NCBI GenBank assembly: GCA_019057795.1
Contig: JAHLWS010000079.1
Coordinates: 36,155-100,154, forward strand
From: Promethearchaeota archaeon
GTDB lineage: Archaea; Asgardarchaeota; Lokiarchaeia; Sigyniarchaeales; SOKP01
Length of the DNA stretch: 64,000 nucleotides
Direction of reading: 5' to 3'
The translations under genes and the position numbers were made by a program. Below are positions 58,964 through 64,000 of the stretch, piece after piece (the first letter of the stretch is position 1; each line of letters opens with the position of its first letter). A model generated the notes under the pieces. It did not search any database, had not been told where the DNA came from, and saw only the letters and a list, made by a program, of their open reading frames with translations.

Positions 58964-59947
58964 TCACTTTTTTAAAGTAGTGATTGACCGGCTTTGTAAT
59001 ATGAAGATTTCATCGTTTTCTATCGCCCATTCAATGTCTTGAGGAAAATTGAATTCTTTTTCAATTTTTAATCCTAAATTATGAAGTTGGCGCAGTTGAT
59101 TATCGTTTAAAGAGCAAATTTTCCTTGATTTTGGATAATTTTCTACCAAAACAGTATGGGCGCCATCAGGGTTTTTTATCGATTTTTTCTTTTTTTTCCC
59201 GATAATCCTTTTTAAAACTTCAAATTTATTTTTCTTAATTGTAATAGAATCTGGGATAATTAAATTCTCAGCAATCGCATTACCAAGCCCCCATGTGGAA
59301 TTAATCAACATTTGGTTTGAATCGTTATTGACAACATTAGACGTAAATAAAACGCCTGATATTTGTGAATTAACCATTTTTTGAACAATAACTGCCATAT
59401 GAATATTCTTCAACGAGAAATTTACGCCTAACTTTTTCATGTGAAGCATATATAATATTGCACGAGGAGAAAATAAAGATGCCCAGCAATTTTTTAACGA
59501 TTGTAATAAGTCATGAAAAGTAAGATTATATAAATAGCTCTCTGCTTGTCCCGCAAAGGAGAATTTGCTTGAATCCTCGATTGTTGCTGAAGATCTTACG
59601 GCAAAAGATAAGTCTGTATCCTTCCCCTTAACCAATTTATCAAAAGCTCCTTCGATACTTTCTATTATTTTTTTCGGAATTTTTGATTCCAATATTAATT
59701 TCGTAATTTTGGCTGAATGGTGTAAAATTTCTTTTGGATTTAAGGTTTTTTCCAATAATTTACTCAATTGGTCGTAGTATTTCGATTCTTTAAGGAATTT
59801 CTTGAAACAATTTGTATTGATTATAAATCCAGGGGGAACTTTTAATTTCATCTTATTTAATTTGATTAAATTAGAACCTTTTCCCCCTAATAAAGCAGTA
59901 TTAGGCTTTGCCTCTGGAAAAAATACAACGAATTCTGATTCTAACAT
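58964..59947 (-). CDS. Stand-alone PEP-synthase/PPDK N-terminal ATP-grasp domain
   Basis: GGKG, VPPGF, AVRSSAT.ED, SFAGQ, DIEWA and LQSR motifs; no His domain. Confidence 0.9.
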   Translation of the reverse strand: MLESEFVVFFPEAKPNTALLGGKGSNLIKLNKMKLKVPPGFIINTNCFKKFLKESKYYDQLSKLLEKTLNPKEILHHSAKITKLILESKIPKKIIESIEGAFDKLVKGKDTDLSFAVRSSATIEDSSKFSFAGQAESYLYNLTFHDLLQSLKNCWASLFSPRAILYMLHMKKLGVNFSLKNIHMAVIVQKMVNSQISGVLFTSNVVNNDSNQMLINSTWGLGNAIAENLIIPDSITIKKNKFEVLKRIIGKKKKKSIKNPDGAHTVLVENYPKSRKICSLNDNQLRQLHNLGLKIEKEFNFPQDIEWAIENDEIFILQSRSITTLKK

Positions 59948-60152
59948 CGATGTTCTTTAAAATAGTAAATAATATAATTTGTTTACTATATTTTTAAATA
60001 TTTAGTTTTTAAGACAAGGTATTACAATATATATTTATTTTTAAATTTTAAAATTAAGTTATGTTTTTTTTAAAAATAACTTTAAAAATTAGCGATAAAT
60101 TTAAAAAATAATAGATTGATATTACTTTAAAAAAAAATATTAGTTGATTTAA

Positions 60153-60509
60153 ATGAAAAAAATTGGGGAAGGAAAATCATGTTCGTCCAATTCAGAAGCA
60201 CTAGGGGAATTTGTTTATATCCAATCTGTGGAAGATGTGATAAATATATTTGATGAGGCCGAAGGAAAAATATGTATAGTTGATGATGCGGGTACTACTA
60301 CTCTTGGGCCAATCTTATCAGATTTAGCAGGGGTATTATGTCCATTTGGTTCTGCGGGCTCACATCTTGCCATAGTTTCAAGAGAATTCGAAATACCTTG
60401 TATAATGAGTGTAGAATTTCTAGTAGACGATTGGTCATCACTGAATGGGAAAAAGGGAAAAATAGTTACGGAAAGTGAAGACAAGGGTATTATTTACTTA
60501 CTTGAGTAA
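60153..60509 (+). CDS. Stand-alone PEP-utiliser phosphohistidine swivel domain
   Basis: GSAGSHLAIVSREFEIPC motif. Confidence 0.85.
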   Translation: MKKIGEGKSCSSNSEALGEFVYIQSVEDVINIFDEAEGKICIVDDAGTTTLGPILSDLAGVLCPFGSAGSHLAIVSREFEIPCIMSVEFLVDDWSSLNGKKGKIVTESEDKGIIYLLE

Positions 60510-60567
60510 TTATCGAAATTATTTTCAATTTAAATTACAAATTATAAAATTTTAAGGAGTTGTTTAT

Positions 60568-61935
60568 ATGTTAGGTGATATTAGCGACGAAGAATTTAAT
60601 GAACTAATCGTCATGTTTTCTCAAAGCGTTCTAGAAAATTTCCAAACGCGAGGAGTAGTGGAAAGTAAAATATTTCCTGTAAACCATTACATTCACGTTG
60701 CTTGTTATATTTTATACGACCAATCTTACCAATATAATATTCTAAAAGAAGTTGCAAGCAAGATATCGCCTGAGGACATCGCCAAAAGATCGAAATCCTT
60801 AGGCTCAAGTTCAAACCACTTGAGTTTTTATTCTCTAATGATGTTGTATTTGCATGGTCGGGCTGAAATTATTTATGATAACCTTAGTAAAAAAAAGGCT
60901 GGCGAAACTAACATCGTTGTTGAGCCTGAAACGAAGAAAAAAGAAACAAAATTCATTATGGACTTTTGGAAAAGATTGAGCCCCAATTATCTCAATGAAG
61001 GGGAGCTAACGCTGAAAACAAAAAAAATAACGTGCCTTTCCGATGATTACATTGAAAACCTAAAAGAAAATATGATATCTATAGAACATAATAAAGATAT
61101 AATCAAGCAATTAAAACAAACCATCGCCCATCTAACCATCTATAGTTTCCTTTCCCAAGCCGAGTGTCGATTTAGCATTTCTGAGCAAGGACCATATTAT
61201 TTTGAAGACAACACTGATCCTTTAGTATTTAAAGAATTCTTAGATCTGCATACTGGTGACGATATGTTTGGAATAAATATGTCTGGAAATATGCCATATA
61301 AAATCACCAAGATTGCGCCAGTTCCAAATGTGATATTCGGGATGACGCTGAAAAATATGAACAAAATTGAATTTAATGATTTTGGCACTTTATTTGCCGA
61401 TCCCACCGATCTTTCTTCAAACATAACATCCATAGGAATTTGGACGAAAGAATTAATGCATCCAAAAGATCTTAGATATCCTGATAATTTATGTAAATTA
61501 AAACCCCTTACGCTTAACATCTTAACCGAACTATCGGAATTCGCAAAAAGTGCAACGAAAGAATTATATATTGATATATCGAAATGGAGCTATACTAAAA
61601 AATTGATGTTCGGGAGCAACCTTTACGTTAATAGAATCGCAAGTTCGTGCGCACAATTCGCTGGAATAGAAAATAATTTTAACTGGACTTGGGCTTTTGA
61701 CTATGCTGCGGGTAAACCATTGAAAACCGACTTAGTGAACAAAGAAAAAATAGATTTCTACATTGATGTATTAGGGACAAAAGTAAAGACTAGCCAAGAT
61801 GAAAAAGAAGGAACGAAAGTTGAGATTGCATCTATAGAAAAATACAAAGGTTTACATCCATTTCTTACGCGAATGTTTAGGGGTAAAAGACTCCGAAAAT
61901 TAGACCCATTTTATTATTTTTTACAAGATGAATAG
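60568..61935 (+). CDS. Hypothetical 455-aa protein, putative acceptor-binding subunit of a split PEP-utiliser, copy 1
   Basis: Co-oriented directly after the swivel gene; ESKIFPV..Y..VAC and ECR...GPY motifs. Confidence 0.6.
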   Translation: MLGDISDEEFNELIVMFSQSVLENFQTRGVVESKIFPVNHYIHVACYILYDQSYQYNILKEVASKISPEDIAKRSKSLGSSSNHLSFYSLMMLYLHGRAEIIYDNLSKKKAGETNIVVEPETKKKETKFIMDFWKRLSPNYLNEGELTLKTKKITCLSDDYIENLKENMISIEHNKDIIKQLKQTIAHLTIYSFLSQAECRFSISEQGPYYFEDNTDPLVFKEFLDLHTGDDMFGINMSGNMPYKITKIAPVPNVIFGMTLKNMNKIEFNDFGTLFADPTDLSSNITSIGIWTKELMHPKDLRYPDNLCKLKPLTLNILTELSEFAKSATKELYIDISKWSYTKKLMFGSNLYVNRIASSCAQFAGIENNFNWTWAFDYAAGKPLKTDLVNKEKIDFYIDVLGTKVKTSQDEKEGTKVEIASIEKYKGLHPFLTRMFRGKRLRKLDPFYYFLQDE

Positions 61936-62074
61936 TTAATGTCATCACTAAATAAGAAAAAGGGAAAAATAGTAACGGAAAGTGAAACCAAGGGTAGTAT
62001 TTATTTACTTGAGTAATTACCGAAATTATTTTCAATTTAAATTACAAATTATAAAATTATAAGGTGTTGTTTAT

Positions 62075-63442
62075 ATGTTAGGTGATATTAGCGACGAAGA
62101 AGTTAATGAACTAATCGTGATGTTTTCTAATAGCGTTGTAGAAAATATTCTAACGCGAGGAGTAGTGGAAAGTAAAATATTTCCTGTAAACCATTACCTT
62201 GGCGTTGCTTGTTATATTTTATACGACCAATCTTATCAATATAATATTTTGAAAGAAGTTGTAAGTAAGATATCGCCTGAGGAACTCGCTAGAAGATCGA
62301 AATCCTTAGGCCCAGGATTAAACCAATTAGCCTTTTATTCTACATGTATGTTGTATTTGCATGGTCGAGCTCAAGTTATTCATGATAACATCAGTAAAAA
62401 AAAAGCTGGTGAAACTAATATCGTTGTTGAGCCTGAAATGAAGAAAAAAGAAACTAAATTCATTCTTGACTTTTGGAAAAGATTGAGCCCCAACTATCTC
62501 AATGACGAGACACTAATATTGAAAAATAAAAGAATCACATACCTTTCCGATGATTATATTGAAAAATTAAAAGAAAATATGATAAATATAGCTGATAATA
62601 AAGATATAATCAAGCGATTAAAGCAAACCATCGCCCATCTGACCATCTATAGTTTCCTTTCCCGAGCCGAGTGTAGAATGAGTATATCTGAGCATGGACC
62701 ATATTATTTTGAAAACAACACTGAACCTTTAATATTCAAAGAATTTCTAGAACTACATACTGGTGACGAAATGTTTGAACTAGATATGACTGGAAATATG
62801 CCATATAAAATCACTAATATTGCGCCAGTTCAAAATGTGATATTTGGAATGACGCTTAAAGATATGAACAAAATCGAGTTTAATGATTGGTGCACTTTAT
62901 TTGCCGATCCAACCGATTTTTCTTCAAACATAACATCAATAGGGATTTGGACAAGAGAATTATCGCACCCAAAAGATCTTAGATATCCTGATTATTTAGG
63001 TGAATTAAAACCCCTCTCACTTAATATCTTAGAGGAACTGTCGAAATTTGCAAAAATTGCCACGAAAGAATTATATATTGATATATCGAAATGGAACTTT
63101 ACTAAAAGATTGCTTTTTGGGAGTCACATTTATGTTAATAGTCTCTTAAGTGTGTGTACCCAATATGCAGGTATAGAAGATAACTTTAACTGGACTTGGC
63201 CTTTTGACTATGCCTTGGGTAAACCACTTAAAACTGACTTAATAGACAAAGAAAAAATAAAGTTCTATATTGATAAATTAGGGAAAAAAGTAAAGACTAG
63301 TCAAGATGAAAAAGAAGCAGAGAAAGTGCAAATCGCAGCTTTAGAAAAATACGAAGGTGTACATCCATTTATGACGCGAATCTTTAGGAGTAGAAGGGCC
63401 CAAAAATTAGACCCGTTTTATTATTTTTTACAAGATGAATAG
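62075..63442 (+). CDS. Hypothetical 455-aa protein, copy 2
   Basis: Same length and collinear with copy 1, diverged but intact. Confidence 0.6.
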   Translation: MLGDISDEEVNELIVMFSNSVVENILTRGVVESKIFPVNHYLGVACYILYDQSYQYNILKEVVSKISPEELARRSKSLGPGLNQLAFYSTCMLYLHGRAQVIHDNISKKKAGETNIVVEPEMKKKETKFILDFWKRLSPNYLNDETLILKNKRITYLSDDYIEKLKENMINIADNKDIIKRLKQTIAHLTIYSFLSRAECRMSISEHGPYYFENNTEPLIFKEFLELHTGDEMFELDMTGNMPYKITNIAPVQNVIFGMTLKDMNKIEFNDWCTLFADPTDFSSNITSIGIWTRELSHPKDLRYPDYLGELKPLSLNILEELSKFAKIATKELYIDISKWNFTKRLLFGSHIYVNSLLSVCTQYAGIEDNFNWTWPFDYALGKPLKTDLIDKEKIKFYIDKLGKKVKTSQDEKEAEKVQIAALEKYEGVHPFMTRIFRSRRAQKLDPFYYFLQDE

Positions 63443-63591
63443 TTAATCATACTTACCAATACTTACCAATACTTAAAATATTCGTTTGGATCTTTATAGG
63501 ATTTTTATCTGGATATATATACATATATCTTGGAACTATTTCCTCAGTTTTTAACCGAAGTATATCCATTAAGGACGAAGAAAAGGTTGAT

Positions 63592-64000
63592 TCAAAATAA
63601 CTTCTTTTTGGGTTTAACTTTTAATAATATCAAGGGAGCTAACGCTAAGGTTGATAGCATTCCAGCGATTATAATTAAGGTCTCAATCGGAACAAAGGCA
63701 GATAAGTAAGTTCCAATGGGTATAAAAATCACGCAACTAAGTGCGTATGCTATTTTAAAGCATTGATATTTTAAAGTCTTATACCTGCCGTTATTAGAAA
63801 TCGTTATCATTAACGAAGCGTAGTTTAACATCATTACACCGACAATTACTTGCATAATCCCTTGGATAATCATAAAAAATAAAAAATCTGAAATCGCCAT
63901 CAGAAAAGTTAAAACAGCATATAATCCAACTGTAATAACGATGATCTTTTTTCGATTAGATAGCTTAAAAGCATACAATACTTCGTCTTGATTATCATCC
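63592..64000 (-). CDS. MFS-type membrane transporter, C-terminal part (5'-partial)
   Basis: Four hydrophobic helices; frame runs toward the window edge. Confidence 0.55.
   Translation of the reverse strand, partial: DDNQDEVLYAFKLSNRKKIIVITVGLYAVLTFLMAISDFLFFMIIQGIMQVIVGVMMLNYASLMITISNNGRYKTLKYQCFKIAYALSCVIFIPIGTYLSAFVPIETLIIIAGMLSTLALAPLILLKVKPKKKLF

Larger units (their letters stand above)
60434..63447 (+). repeat. 1507-bp tandem duplication (60434-61940 and 61941-63447)
   Basis: Constant 1507-bp offset covering the swivel-gene tail, the intergenic region and the whole 455-aa ORF. Confidence 0.9.

Noticed and set aside
1187-61520. Numerous short antisense or nested ORFs (e.g. 1187-1558, 11261-11764, 17112-17486, 55594-55923, 61197-61520)
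   Set aside because: They lie opposite or inside well-supported genes and have no family motifs

Overview
Low-GC archaeal chromosomal segment, most likely from an Asgard archaeon (Lokiarchaeia-like). This rests on a Rab-like small GTPase, a tRNA-Gln with the archaeal A1-U72 pair, GGTGA ribosome-binding sites, BRE/TATA promoters, a 7TM protein and many zinc-ribbon proteins; it is an inference, not a database result. Layout: (1) 1.0-6.1 kb, an array of PIN/UPF0175 toxin-antitoxin modules surrounding a minus-strand unit of putative ncRNA, atypical tRNA-Gln, DIP1984-like coiled-coil gene and a second putative ncRNA. (2) 6-35 kb, mixed metabolic, transport and signalling genes with several gene remnants. 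(3) 35.5-35.8 kb, a cold-shock protein gene missed by the ORF track. It is interrupted by a 29-nt insert that folds into a canonical bulge-helix-bulge (BHB) splicing motif, and removing the insert exactly restores the frame. This candidate tRNA-type intron in an mRNA is the top finding. (4) 36-41 kb, a very AT-rich five-gene operon (Nmad-like protein, Zn-ribbon peptide, radical SAM/SPASM, double DUF2284, DEDD exonuclease). (5) 43-50.6 kb, a sulfur-relay cluster. (6) 52.9-63.4 kb, an FAD-oxidoreductase/ADC/CCG cluster and a split PEP-utiliser phosphotransfer system with a tandemly duplicated unknown subunit. Several genes appear to start at ACG, ATT or ATA. No CRISPR array, rRNA, integrase or transposase was seen. 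All family assignments come from motif recognition by eye.
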